Assembly (NCBI GenBank): GCA_039621445.1
Contig: CP154954.1
Coordinates: 4,640,714-4,704,713, forward strand
Reading direction: 5' to 3'
DNA: 64,000 bases
DNA from: Euglena gracilis
Taxonomy: Eukaryota
Part shown: piece after piece, positions 1 through 10,511 of the stretch
Numbering within the stretch: position 1 is the stretch's first letter
How the letters are laid out: each line of letters starts with the position of its first letter
Made by a program: the position numbers and the translations under genes
Notes under the pieces: model-generated
Database searches by the model: none
What the model saw: only the letters and a program-made list of their open reading frames with translations
What the model was told of the DNA's origin: nothing

Positions 1-2
1 TC

Positions 3-1169
3 ACCGATCCCAGACACACCCTCCTCGCTGCTTGGTCCGACAGTACGGTATCCACATACCTCTCCGGTGCCCGCCGTATTGCCGCCTATCACACCGTCTC
101 CCCTACGCGTTCATGGGACGAAACCTTGGCACACGCATGCGCGGCCGAGATTAAACGGGGCGTTGGACACTCCTCAATCCGTACCTTGCTCTCAGCCGCC
201 TCCTTCCTCTGGCACCTCCGGCTGGTCCCACACCCACCCGGTCCGTCTCACCACCTGTTCTCACGGGCGGCCAGGAAACTGGGACCCTTACCCGGTCCGC
301 GTACTTGGGCATCTCCGACCAAAATTGCGGTACTCGCCACCCACACGCACACAGCCGAAGAAATCATCACCCTGGCACTGGCAATCTTGTCCTTTACGTT
401 GGGTCTCCGGGCCAGCGAGGCAGCCGCACTCACTATCAGCGATCTTGAACAAGTTTCTCAACCACCCCACACCCTCCAATTCCACACCGCAAAGACCTCC
501 CAAGCCGGTGCACACACAGCTCGGCCCCTGTGCTCGTACCCCAGGCTTTGGTGTGCTTTCCTTGCACAACTACATTCCGACTTCCCCGGAACCCGCCCAC
601 ACCATCCGCTTTGCACCTCCCCCCAAACCCTGCACCGCCAATTCAAACGACTCCAACACCCCATCCCCGGTCCGGCTCTCTCATGGCACGCCTGGCGGCG
701 AGGTTGCGCTCGCACCCTCCAACAACATGGTGCTCCAATGGGCAACATTGCCGCTTGGTGTAGATGGAGGACTGAGGAAATGGCAACTTGGTACGTCGGC
801 CAACCTGAGCTTGACCAATTCGACCCCCCCCCCTGGCTCCCCCCCCTCCCCCCCCCCCCCCCCCGTCCCTCACCCCGTCTCACTTCTTCCCGATTACACC
901 CCTGGACATTTGGCCACCACACATACTTCACGGACCGGAACCTTTGGCACCACCGCCCCCACGGAAACGGCGCCACGGCTAAAGTCCTCGTTCTCTGCCT
1001 TTTGCCTCCACTCGCCCTCCTAATGTGTACCCAAGTGGCTCTAACCCTACTCCTTAGCACACAGCTCCTTATGTTCCCTCTCCCGTTCCACGCTCGCTAT
1101 CTCTGGACTGCACCGCCGCACCGTGGCTTGGAACTTGGCCAGAATCCTGCACAAAAGGCAACCCCATGA
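3..1169 (+). CDS. Tyrosine recombinase of a YR retrotransposon (5' end lies outside the window)
   Basis: The frame is open from base 3 (AAWSDSTVSTYLSGARR, typical YR N-terminal region). Catalytic motifs: GLRASE (R), TAKTSQ (K), WHAWRRG (HxxR) and WCRWRTEEMATWY (W...Y). Confidence 0.88.
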   Translation, partial: TDPRHTLLAAWSDSTVSTYLSGARRIAAYHTVSPTRSWDETLAHACAAEIKRGVGHSSIRTLLSAASFLWHLRLVPHPPGPSHHLFSRAARKLGPLPGPRTWASPTKIAVLATHTHTAEEIITLALAILSFTLGLRASEAAALTISDLEQVSQPPHTLQFHTAKTSQAGAHTARPLCSYPRLWCAFLAQLHSDFPGTRPHHPLCTSPQTLHRQFKRLQHPIPGPALSWHAWRRGCARTLQQHGAPMGNIAAWCRWRTEEMATWYVGQPELDQFDPPPWLPPLPPPPPRPSPRLTSSRLHPWTFGHHTYFTDRNLWHHRPHGNGATAKVLVLCLLPPLALLMCTQVALTLLLSTQLLMFPLPFHARYLWTAPPHRGLELGQNPAQKATP

Positions 1170-2858
1170 CCTTCCCCCGGGGAACCGATTATACCCTGTT
1201 GTCCGCGCACTCATTGAGCATATATATCACCGCACATCCCCATTCCTCAACACTACCCGCCTTAACGCCCTTTTTAACTCCCTGTTTGATCTGACATCTT
1301 TCGATTGGAAAACAATCCTCTCCCTGGGTCCCAGCTCCAGCACCCACGCTCAGCTTTCACAACCCGTACCAGCCCGCCTTGCGGCAGCTGGACTTGGCCA
1401 GCGCGGCTGCCTCCCTATCCCGGACCATATCTGGCAACACTTTATCTCCCCATCTCACGAAGCTTCCTTACGTCAATTCACTCTCCCCACCGAGCCACGT
1501 CTACACCAGCACACTAAGGTTATGATCTCCGCCCTGGCCCGCGACAAATTTTTGCACCCATGCGAAGGCCACGCAACTCTCACCGCCTTCCTCCGGCCCA
1601 AAAACGACAGTAAATGTGCTTTCATCGCTGACTTACGACAACTCAATGACCTGTCCCCTACACCCCTGCCCACCTTTCGGCTCCCTTCACTGGAGCTCCT
1701 GACCAACTACGTCCGCTCCGCAACCCCGGGGACACTATGGGCCGTTTCCTTTGACCTATCCAATTTCTTTTGGTCTCTCCGCCTACCCCCTTCTTGGCAC
1801 AATGTTTTCCGAATTCATAACATGGCATTTGACTCTCTACCTTTCGGCTGGAACATGTCCCCTATTCTCGCCCAAGAAACCCTAACATACTTTCTCCAGT
1901 TGTTCTTGAAGTCTTACTCACCGGAACCCCCCCTACAACATTTCATTTACTTGGACGACATCCTCCTCCTGAGTAATGACCCCGCCGGCCTGCAGCGCAT
2001 CTCCTTGGACTTCTCCTCCTATACCGCATCCATTGGAGTGCTTCTTTCCCCCAAAAGTGTTACCAACCCCTGTCAGCACCTCACCTGGCTGGGAAAGGAC
2101 ATCAACCTCCGCAAACCTGCCATAACCCCGACGACCTTGAGTTTCCTTCGATGCTCTGCAATGATTCTACGAGCCGCCTTCCACCCCCTGTCCCTCCGCT
2201 CTCGACAACGCTTGGCTGGTAACCTTCTCTGGCTGGCCAGACCCCTCCCCGGATCCACCCTTTTTCTCGCTGATCTCTATCAACCACGGCACCACCTCAA
2301 CCTTTTGTCCAATGCTTGCCTCCGCTCCCCCATGGATCTTCTCGCTCTAGCCGCACTGGGGTGCCCCCTCCGACCTCTGGCCCCCGCATCACCGACCCAT
2401 ACCTGCTTTACTGACGCCGCGCTCGGTCCCCTCAACATTTACCAAGCCGGGCTCTTCCATCTTGAGCTCGGTTACCAAATACACCTCCTCCCACCAGGGG
2501 TCACCAGTCAACAGGTAGCCGAGGCAGCCGCTCTCGAATATTGCACCCGTATTTTCGCCCTGGACCGCAGCACAACCAACCTCTTTCTGATCGGAGACAA
2601 CATGGGCACCCTCCTTACGACCCCGCCTTTCTTCCCCCCAACTGACCAGGATCTATCGTCGCATCTTTAATCGCCTTTTTTTGGACTGGCACTTCCATCC
2701 AAGTCGCTTGGGTACCCTCCCACCTGAACCCAGCCGACGCACCTTCACGCTTCCACTATCAGAACCCCTCGGACCCCCACGCTCGCGCGGCTTCAACCCT
2801 CCTCACTCTCCTGCACTCCCCAAACCTACCTGTCTTCCTGGGCCAGATTTGCCTCTGA
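1123..2858 (+). CDS. Reverse transcriptase-RNase H (pol) of the YR retrotransposon, frameshifted near the C-terminus
   Basis: RT motifs PKNDSKCAFIADLRQLN, SFDLSNFFWSL, LPFGWNMSP, YLDDILL and WLG. RNase H motifs FTDAA, VAEAAAL and IGDNM. The final RNase H motif WVPSHLNPADAPSR and TGA (2856-2858) are in shifted frames after ~2620-2685. Confidence 0.92.
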
Positions 2859-2874
2859 CATACGCACCTACGTC

Positions 2875-3376
2875 GGGCTGTTTGGTTTCATTTGATTTCA
2901 TTTTCTTCTTCTTGCCTGTACCCGGCTCCTCCTCTCCCCAGTCCCCACAAGACCCTTGCCAACCACCCCTACACCCCTCCACCCACCTACGCGAATTTGG
3001 CGCTTCAACAGAAGCGACAGATTCGCGCATACCAGGAATTAGGCACTACGAACCGCCCGGCACCCCTTCCACAGGTGTTTCACAAACCCAAAGAGAACTG
3101 CCCATCCCGCCCTACCCATCCATGCAGCCAAACTAAGCAGGGGCATTGATGCATATCATGTCCGAAAGACCTTCAAACGACCCACCCACCCACCGAAGCC
3201 CACCCCAGAACAGCCCATTGGACTGCACACTGTACGATACTCTGACCCACGAGAACACGCACGTGCGAACACTGGGGCTGTTTGGTTTCATTTGATTTCA
3301 TTTTCTTCTTCTTGCCTGTACCCGGCTCCTCCTCTCCCCAGTCACCACAAGACCCTTGCCAACCACCCCTACACCC
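2875..3376 (+). repeat. Split direct repeats: B1 (2875-2998), spacer A2 (2999-3274), first part of B2 (3275-3376)
   Basis: gggctgtttggtttcatttg...accacccctacaccc is repeated exactly 400 bp apart. Confidence 0.9.
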
Positions 3377-5249
3377 GATGAATGAAACGGTGGTGGGGCG
3401 GACCGAATCCACCGACCAGTGGCGCAGCCTACTGGATTTGAATGTTTGAGGGTGCGGGGATATAGACAACGCTGGAGTGTGGGTCAGTTCACAGCAGGGG
3501 CAAAGGGCGGCGGGAGGAAAATGGGCGAGGCCCACCTTCAATATGTTGGAGCTGGGGTCCCCACGGCCAGCCAGATACCAGCCAGACCTCCTCCTCCTCT
3601 TTTTTTCACCAGCCACCAGCCAGACCTCCTCCTCCTCTTTTCTCCCAGCCGCCAGCCACGGCCAGCCGCGGCTGGCCGCGGCTGGGGCGCCTCCTCCTTT
3701 TTTTTTAGTGGCTTCAAAAATTATGTAGGGCAAAGGCCGCACGGAGCAACCTCGTCGGTTTTTATAACGCTCGACGGCTGCGCTCGCCAGGTTTAGTCAC
3801 AACATCCACCCCGGCGGATGAGTCAACAGCGAGCAGTAGTAACCGGGGACCACGCTACCACAAGTGCCGCGCAAGACGAGACTATTTATTTTTCGGGTGG
3901 ATGAACATTTCTTCAACATTTTTCAAGGCACCATATGGCTGACTGCGCCGGAAGAACCGGAAAGGGGAGGGTGGGTCAACCCCCGCCCCACACCCACCAC
4001 AACATTTTCACCGATTTCGGGAGAACGGGTATTTTGGCCAGAAAAGTGTTTTGAAAGATAAAACCCAAAAACACGTGAGTGACTCAAAATTTTCCGTCCT
4101 AAAAACTCATACTTTTTCGGAGGGGGGTGAAATAAACGAACGTCAAAAAAGTGGACAAACTTTTGGCAACAGTCAAATTTTACTGACATTTTTCTCGTTG
4201 AACAACACATATTTTGCCAAAAAAAAGCAAACAAAACACTTTTCTGCCCCCTCCCCTTTCCAAGAGAATGGCACCCAAACAACTCTTCCTGAGAGAATCC
4301 TGTGGCCCAAAAAAGGCCACCACATCTAGCCCAAAACTGGCCAGATCATCTGGCCCAAAACTGGCCAGCACATCTGGCCCCCAAAAAAAAACCATGACAT
4401 TGCAAAAAATGTGAAATGCAAAATGAAACAAACTGTTCAAAGAAACAAAGCAACCAGAACAACCAAGCAAAGAAATTTGCAGGCGACAAAAGGCAGGGAA
4501 AAATAGCAGTAAGATTCCCAATCCGCGGACAGTCAGAGGCTGACATGCAAAGTTTTTCACACATTAACATTCGTAATCCGCCAGTTGGCGATGATGAGGT
4601 GTGTCGCTGGCCCATTGCAGCAACCTTCAAATCTTCGATCAAATTCAAAACCCTGCGCAGGTTACCAGGGATGATCATTCCTGTGTCCATCTGGTGTGCA
4701 CCAAACCCTTCCACCTGAAATAAGAACAAAATTTCAAAACTGAGTCAGACTCAGAACCGCAGAATGGAGGCAATAGAGAATTGAGATACATTCACACAGA
4801 AAGCGTTCGCACCTTGCAGTGTGACCTGTACCTCTCTCGGCAAAAAAACACTTCCCAGTAAGCAATTAAGGATTCCCCGCGGGCGAGTCGCGACGAAAAA
4901 CGTTATAATTTCTTCAAAAAAAAGCATGTGCTTCGGTCTTTGATGTGCCAAATTAACTAGAACAGAAATTTGCATACTACAACATTCAAAATGTGGTATT
5001 TTTTCAAGATTTGGTGTTCTGTCAGACTTTCTTCCGCTTCATTTTATGGACTGGTCCTTTTCCTCTTTTGTTGTTCCGAAGTGTATCGTGCACACAGTAT
5101 AATTGGTGTAGCATGCAGTTCGGAGCTGTAAGGTTGCGGGTTCAAACCCCGCTGTGTGCAAGTTTAATCTTTTTTGCAAAGAGTACCCAGAATTAGGACT
5201 TACCCAGTTCGCGACAAGAACTAAAAAAAAATTGTTTGAGTGTCATATT

Positions 5250-7573
5250 GCGGTGGTGGGGCGAACCGAATCCACCGACCAGTGGCACAGCCTACTGGAT
5301 TTGAGTGTTCAGGGGGAGAGGGAGGATATGTACAGATGGGGGAACCCCATGGATAGTCAAAGGGGATATACCGAGGCAGGGAGGTGGCTTTTGTAGCCGG
5401 CACGGATGGGTAGTCCGAGTGTAAAGGGGTAGCAGCAGGAATGTTGCAGGTACAGGGTGGCGAAAGTAGTACGCAGTGTTGGCCGGTATCTCCCTGCGTG
5501 GGGTAAGGTGGAGGGGAGGGGGGGGCGGAGGGAGGGGGGGGAAGGGTGAAGGAGGAGGAGCGAAGTGAGAGCAGCGTGTTATGCGGGTGGCGGCCATGGA
5601 ACAGAAACCAGCGGCTGGCGGGAGCAAAGAGGCTGTCCGACTCCGACTAGGCGGGTGGCTCAGAAGGAAGCAACGGTGTGGCCCAGCTCCTTAGTGATCA
5701 GGAGCGCTCCCAGTTGGGCGGCCACCCCAGAGAACAGAGCCAAGGACAGGCCCTGCTGCAGTTCGGCAAGGAACACGCTCCGGGCGCCACCGGAAGCGGT
5801 GGCGCCAAGCCGCTGTCGTAGTTCCTCCCAAACGCGCTGGCTGTCCCCGCCAAAGGAGCCCCAGACGCTGAGGATCATGGGCGAGAACCTGGCTCCCCGG
5901 GTCTGGCAGCGGTCACCGTATTTGGCTGTTTTCCGGAGGGCTCTGCTGCGGAGCAATTCCCAGGAGGCAGGGAGGCCCCAGTTCGCACTGGGCGGGGAGG
6001 GATGGTTGATGCCCACGTCAATGGCCCAAGGTGCAGCGCCAGACCAGTGTGGCAGGAAGATGTCCGCATCCCGCTTCTGATCGACGGCCACCGAGACCTC
6101 CAGGGCGTGTGGAATTCCCCGCGCCTGTAGTTGGGCTCCCAGGAAGTGTTGTACCCGATGGTGACGTTCCCACAGTTTGTTTTTGTGGCAGCACAAGGCA
6201 TGGTCACCGAAGGGGTCAACGACCTGTCCGCAGCCGAGGGGGCAGGGAGAACCAGCCAGGCTGAGGGGAATGATGGGTAAACCTAGGTGCCACTTCAGCA
6301 TGAGCCGAAAGGACGCACCGTCGACGGCAAATCCAGCGGTCTTGGACGGGCGAGCCCCGATCCAGCCTGAGCAGATAGAGTTATTTTGATGCTCAAAGCG
6401 GACCCGGTCCCGATCGTTCAAGGCGCGGAGAAAAGCCGGTCGTGCGGCCAGCCGCAGTTGCTCGCTCCACCACGCTTGGTCGTGGTGGGAAGTGTCCTCT
6501 GGGCACAGCGAATTGTTCCCGATCCACTTGCGGACGGGTTCGAAGGCATCACCGAGTCGAAGCTGCAAGCCGGACAGGAGGTCTGACAGGCCATCAATGG
6601 GAGCTCGAGAGATGTTGTTCAAACCCAGGGAGGTCGGTGCGGAGGTGATCCAAGATAGGAGGCTACTCAGGCGGGCCGGGAGGACGCTGTCGGCAGATAA
6701 CCGAATGCCGAACCCACCCTGACGCAGGGGGAGGGCAGCCTGGGCCCATTGGGTGTCCGACACCGAGCAGTCCAGTATCTGTTGGAAGGTGGACCGGAGG
6801 CAACTGTCGGCCCGAGCTAGGAGGTCGGTGAACGGGGCGCAATGGGCGCTGCGGAGCAGTGAGCTGAACTTGCATGCGTCAAAGCAAAAGCGCAGCAAGG
6901 ACAGCTGTACCTGCGGGTCGCGCACGGAGCCCAACAAGGCGCACGCCTGTTCGTTTTTGGATATGCAGCTGTCAAGTTGCTGCTGGACGAAGGCGCGGGA
7001 TGCCGGGTGGTGGACCGGTACACCCAGGACCGAGACGCCGGAGTCGGGCGTGTACGGTATGATGGATGCCTGCCGCAAGACAGAGTCTGCCGGGAGCGAA
7101 GGAATGTGACGTGTCCCAGGGCCCCAAACTGTCGTTTTTGCGAAGTTCAGGGAACAGCCCAACCGCCCCAAGCCATGGTATAGGCCAGTCAGCGCGCGGT
7201 CCGCGGTGGGGACATCCGATAAAACGGACCCGTCGTCCAGATACCAGAAGGAGTTTCCTCTCCCTGGTGTGGCGAGCAGGGTGTCATGAATGGTCATGGC
7301 AAACAGCAGGGGCACAAGTGGGGCACCTTGCTGTCCGCCCTCCGTGCTCCAAATGGCGGTGTCTCCGACAAACAGCCTGGTCGGCTGCAACGAAAGACGA
7401 CACCACTGTAGCAGGTGTGGAGCACGTCGACGGACGGCATCCAGCATGTCCGCGCGACGAACGGAGTTGAACGCATTGCGGATATCGACCTGCATTAATA
7501 CCCAGTCGGGGTTGTCTCCCCGTTCCAGGATGAGGTGCTGGAGCGATATACCGATCTGTTCACATGCGTTCCG
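5250..7573 (-). mobile_element. CRE-clade non-LTR retrotransposon B, 5'-truncated, no visible TSD
   Basis: RT/RLE ORF plus a ~410-nt 3' UTR ending in the same terminal motif as element A. Confidence 0.88.
5660..7573 (-). CDS. Partial RT plus RLE protein of CRE element B
   Basis: Motifs VDIRNAFN, GGQQGAPLVP, WYLDDG, CPLGCG..DHALCC, RHHRV, RDADIF, IDVGI and KTAKY. Homology to element A begins at RNACEQ (~7573). Confidence 0.93.
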   Translation of the reverse strand, partial: RNACEQIGISLQHLILERGDNPDWVLMQVDIRNAFNSVRRADMLDAVRRRAPHLLQWCRLSLQPTRLFVGDTAIWSTEGGQQGAPLVPLLFAMTIHDTLLATPGRGNSFWYLDDGSVLSDVPTADRALTGLYHGLGRLGCSLNFAKTTVWGPGTRHIPSLPADSVLRQASIIPYTPDSGVSVLGVPVHHPASRAFVQQQLDSCISKNEQACALLGSVRDPQVQLSLLRFCFDACKFSSLLRSAHCAPFTDLLARADSCLRSTFQQILDCSVSDTQWAQAALPLRQGGFGIRLSADSVLPARLSSLLSWITSAPTSLGLNNISRAPIDGLSDLLSGLQLRLGDAFEPVRKWIGNNSLCPEDTSHHDQAWWSEQLRLAARPAFLRALNDRDRVRFEHQNNSICSGWIGARPSKTAGFAVDGASFRLMLKWHLGLPIIPLSLAGSPCPLGCGQVVDPFGDHALCCHKNKLWERHHRVQHFLGAQLQARGIPHALEVSVAVDQKRDADIFLPHWSGAAPWAIDVGINHPSPPSANWGLPASWELLRSRALRKTAKYGDRCQTRGARFSPMILSVWGSFGGDSQRVWEELRQRLGATASGGARSVFLAELQQGLSLALFSGVAAQLGALLITKELGHTVASF

Positions 7574-7934
7574 CGGCCAGCCAGACCTCCTCCTCCTCTT
7601 TCCGATCCTCAACCCAGAATCCAGCCAGACCTCCTCCTCCTCTAAATCACCCAGCCAGCCGTGGCTGGCCATGGCTGGCCAGACCTCCTCCTTTTTTTTG
7701 CCAGCCAGCCAGCCGCGGCTAGCCGCGGCCAGCCAGATACCCCAGCTCCGTTGCGCGGGGGAAGAGGGGAGCGGAGGTGTGCGGCGGAACAGGAGTACGT
7801 GCGGGGGAGGAGGGGTGAGGGGCAGGGCCGTACGCGGCTCGGTGAGGAGTGCTGTGGTGGGCGTGGTTTTGTGTGTGTGTGTGTGTGTGTGGTTTGCTGT
7901 GCGTTCGTTTTCTTCCGTCTCTCTGGTTTTTTTT

Positions 7935-10382
7935 TTATCGGAGAATGTGCTTGGGTTGAAGGAGGTGGAAGACTTCGCGTAGCAGGGCGATTGCAACGTT
8001 CTGGTAGATCTCTGCCTCCTTTGTTTGAAGTTCCGCTCCCTGTTGCCAGGAGGAGGCGCGTTTCGCCACCCTGCTCAGGGTTTTGGCCGTCTCAGGTCCC
8101 ATGCCCCCCCACGTCCCGAGGGCGAAGGGCGTGAAGCCCCAGCCTGCTTGCTGGCATGGGATGTTGTACTTTTGCTTTTTGGCCTCCTCCCGTCCCTTCA
8201 GGAAAGATCTCCACCGTTCGCGGGTGGCCGTGTGTTCCGTCGCCTGCCATCCGTGGCAGATGGTGACGTCCAGTGCCGTCGGTCTCCCGTCAGACCAACA
8301 GTCCAGGAGGAGGTCAGCCGGGCGGAGGTGGCTATCTCGTGCCGTTGGCAGGGCAACCTCCTTTTGCACCCGCTGTCCGCTGTTAGACAAGGTTTGGAAA
8401 AGCGCGTCTTGCACAGCGTTGTGGCGGGCGGCGAAGTTGTTCCTGCGACAGCAGAGGAGGTGGTCTCCCTCCTTGTCCAGGGGCTGGTTGCATCCCGTGC
8501 ATGGTTGGCTGACATCGCTTAATACCGGGAGGCCCAGCCACCACTTCAGCCCCAAGGTGTACTCTTCGCTGGAGAAAGTGGTGTGGGAGTTATTTGAGGG
8601 GGGTGCCGCCATCCAACCGTGTCCGATACCTGTAGCCTGTTCCAGGAGGCGGTTTTGGTCCCGCGGTCTGGCGTGGTCCACTAGATCATCCATGGTCTTC
8701 TTGCCCAGCTCGTGACTCCACCACTTCTGCTTCCGGGGCTCTGAGTCCGCGGAAGCGATGCGTTGAGGGTTGTTGAGGAAGGTGGTGACGGTGGCGTGAT
8801 TGGCCCCTAGCCGGCCCCTGAGGTCGTCCAAGACATGCGTGATGAGTGAGAGCTGTGGGGAGGTTGCGTATCCGGGAACACCAACACGTCGTGCCCCATC
8901 AGAGTAGAAATCTGCAAGGCAGGAAATCCTGGCCGCCGGCTGTATGGAAGATGGGACGCGGAGGCCGCAGCCGCCACTCGACAAGGGCAGGGAAGCCTGG
9001 GCCCGCTGTTGTGTGTTGAGAGCCGTGCCCAGTACGTCCTCAAAGGCGTTCAAGATCACCTCAGAGCAGCTTCTCACCTGGTCCTGGCTGCCATACGAGT
9101 TAGAGGCACGCAGCAGGTGGTTTACCTTGCAGCCATCCAGACAGCTTCGGAGCAGGTGATGTGCTACCTGAGCGTCGGTGACGGACGTGATGGTGGATGA
9201 AGCCTTCTCAATTTTGGCGGCGGCAATCTCCCACGCAGTTTGTGTGGTGTCCGTAGAGGCTGGATGGTCGATTGGGATGCCCAGGACGGTGATGCCCTCC
9301 CCTGGGGTCCAGGGGACCACTTTCATCCTCTCACAGCTCGGCATACTCCTGGCTCCCGGGCCCCACAAGACGCACTTCTGCAGGTTCAGGCGGAGCCCCA
9401 CTCGATGGGACTCTTGCTGCAGGAAACGTATGCAGTGCTCAATCCGGTCTGGGGTCCCGACCAGCAGGCCGTCGTCCAGGTACCAGCTGTTCCACAGCAA
9501 CTGGCCATCTTTGGTGATCTGTTCCAATAGAGGCTGTAGCGCAAGTGCGAATCCTATAGGGCCCAAAGGGCAGCCTTGGTGTGTGCCCCTTTGTGATAGG
9601 ATGGAGCGACCACCACAGAACAAGGGAACGTGCCCGCTGTACGCAAATCTCAGGAAATTGAACAAGCTGGGGGTGCGCGTTTCAGCCTCCGTTAGGATCG
9701 CCCCGCGGTCCACCTTATTGAACGCATTGGAGTAGTCCACCTGGAGAGAAACCCAGGGCGATGTGTCCCCCAGCTGGGTGACCAGGTGTTGCATCCCCAA
9801 TGCGACGGCCTCAGCTGCGTTTCGTACCCCAACCCCAACCTGGGTAGGGGCGAGGGCGGCAACCTCGGATCTGGCGTTTGGTGTCTGGAGCAGGGCTTTC
9901 CCCACCAAGCGGCGGATGGTTTCCCCAACCGCAACCGGTCGTACCCCGTTATCCTTTTTGCGGAGGGGTGTCAGATTCGCACAGCACCAGGCGGCGGCGT
10001 GGTGGGGCGGTAGGTGGCCGTCCACCCAGGCTTGTGTCAGGAGAGCGAGGGCAGTGACCAGCCTTGCTCCCCGGCCTGGTCTCCGCAGGCAGTCTTGGAG
10101 GTGGCTCGGTCGCAAACCAGATGGCCCCGGCGCCGACCCCCGCGGGAAGCGTCGAATGGCTTCCCTCAGTCTGTCCTCCCAGTCAGGGGTGTGGTTCTCG
10201 GGAAATGGGCGGACGTGACGCGGCAGGCGGTTGGTGTCAACGTTCCTGCCGACAGGGTGTAGTTTTTCCAGGGCGGCCCAGACCTCTGGGTCGTCAGGTT
10301 GGTGCGCCCCCTCGGACAGCAGAATCTGGACAGCCTTGGCCGAGGCCCCCTCCGCGGTGAGGGTGCGTACGCGTCTATTCAT
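7935..10382 (-). CDS. RT plus restriction-like endonuclease (RLE) protein of CRE element A
   Basis: Motifs GSAPGPSGLR, LRKKDNGVRPVAVGETIRRL, VDYSNAFN, GTHQGCPLGP and WYLDDG; CCHC knuckle CTGC..DHLLCC; RHNAV, RPADLL, LDVTI, KKQKY. The frame stays open to the 5' junction. Confidence 0.95.
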   Translation of the reverse strand: MNRRVRTLTAEGASAKAVQILLSEGAHQPDDPEVWAALEKLHPVGRNVDTNRLPRHVRPFPENHTPDWEDRLREAIRRFPRGSAPGPSGLRPSHLQDCLRRPGRGARLVTALALLTQAWVDGHLPPHHAAAWCCANLTPLRKKDNGVRPVAVGETIRRLVGKALLQTPNARSEVAALAPTQVGVGVRNAAEAVALGMQHLVTQLGDTSPWVSLQVDYSNAFNKVDRGAILTEAETRTPSLFNFLRFAYSGHVPLFCGGRSILSQRGTHQGCPLGPIGFALALQPLLEQITKDGQLLWNSWYLDDGLLVGTPDRIEHCIRFLQQESHRVGLRLNLQKCVLWGPGARSMPSCERMKVVPWTPGEGITVLGIPIDHPASTDTTQTAWEIAAAKIEKASSTITSVTDAQVAHHLLRSCLDGCKVNHLLRASNSYGSQDQVRSCSEVILNAFEDVLGTALNTQQRAQASLPLSSGGCGLRVPSSIQPAARISCLADFYSDGARRVGVPGYATSPQLSLITHVLDDLRGRLGANHATVTTFLNNPQRIASADSEPRKQKWWSHELGKKTMDDLVDHARPRDQNRLLEQATGIGHGWMAAPPSNNSHTTFSSEEYTLGLKWWLGLPVLSDVSQPCTGCNQPLDKEGDHLLCCRRNNFAARHNAVQDALFQTLSNSGQRVQKEVALPTARDSHLRPADLLLDCWSDGRPTALDVTICHGWQATEHTATRERWRSFLKGREEAKKQKYNIPCQQAGWGFTPFALGTWGGMGPETAKTLSRVAKRASSWQQGAELQTKEAEIYQNVAIALLREVFHLLQPKHILR

Positions 10383-10511
10383 TGCTTCACTGAGGGTGGT
10401 GGGCTGTGTCCTGGAGCGTCCTAGAGCGACCCCTACACCCCTCCACCGACCTACGCGAATTTGTGTCCTGAAACTTCGCGACTGTTAAATTAGGCTTCAC
10501 CTGGATTCAAA

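Larger units (their letters stand above)
3548..7749. mobile_element. Non-autonomous TIR element with cargo; TIR GGAGCTGGGGT, 3-bp TSD GTT
   Basis: gtt|ggagctggggt at 3545-3558 and accccagctcc|gtt at 7739-7752. Both arms carry ccagccagacctcctcctcc subterminal repeats. Confidence 0.72.
3377..10428 (-). mobile_element. CRE-clade non-LTR retrotransposon A, 5'-truncated, with 12-bp TSD ACCCCTACACCC (3365-3376 / 10429-10440)
   Basis: The TSD flanks the insert and repeat B2 resumes after it. ORF at 7935-10382; the 3' UTR is split into 7934-7750 and 3547-3377. Confidence 0.88.
1..10462 (+). mobile_element. YR (DIRS-order) retrotransposon with VIPER/TATE-like gene order and split direct repeats; right terminus at ~10462, interrupted by the 3377-10428 insertion
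   Basis: YR precedes RT-RH. Repeat B1 (2875-2998) recurs as B2 (3275-3376 plus 10441-10462) with 2 mismatches. Confidence 0.8.

Noticed and set aside
3385-3446. tRNA-like reading of the CRE 3' motif (..CCACCA)
   Set aside because: There is no TTCRA T-loop, D-arm or cloverleaf.
3878-3900. Possible euglenid spliced-leader-like ctatttatttttcg
   Set aside because: The match is too short and T-rich, and there is no SL gene context.
7574-7996. N-terminal ~140 aa of the 778-aa ORF, suggesting two overlapping or fused RT genes
   Set aside because: It is chance read-through across the TIR arm and CRE-A's UTR (HTHTH, EEEE low complexity). RT homology starts at ~7573.
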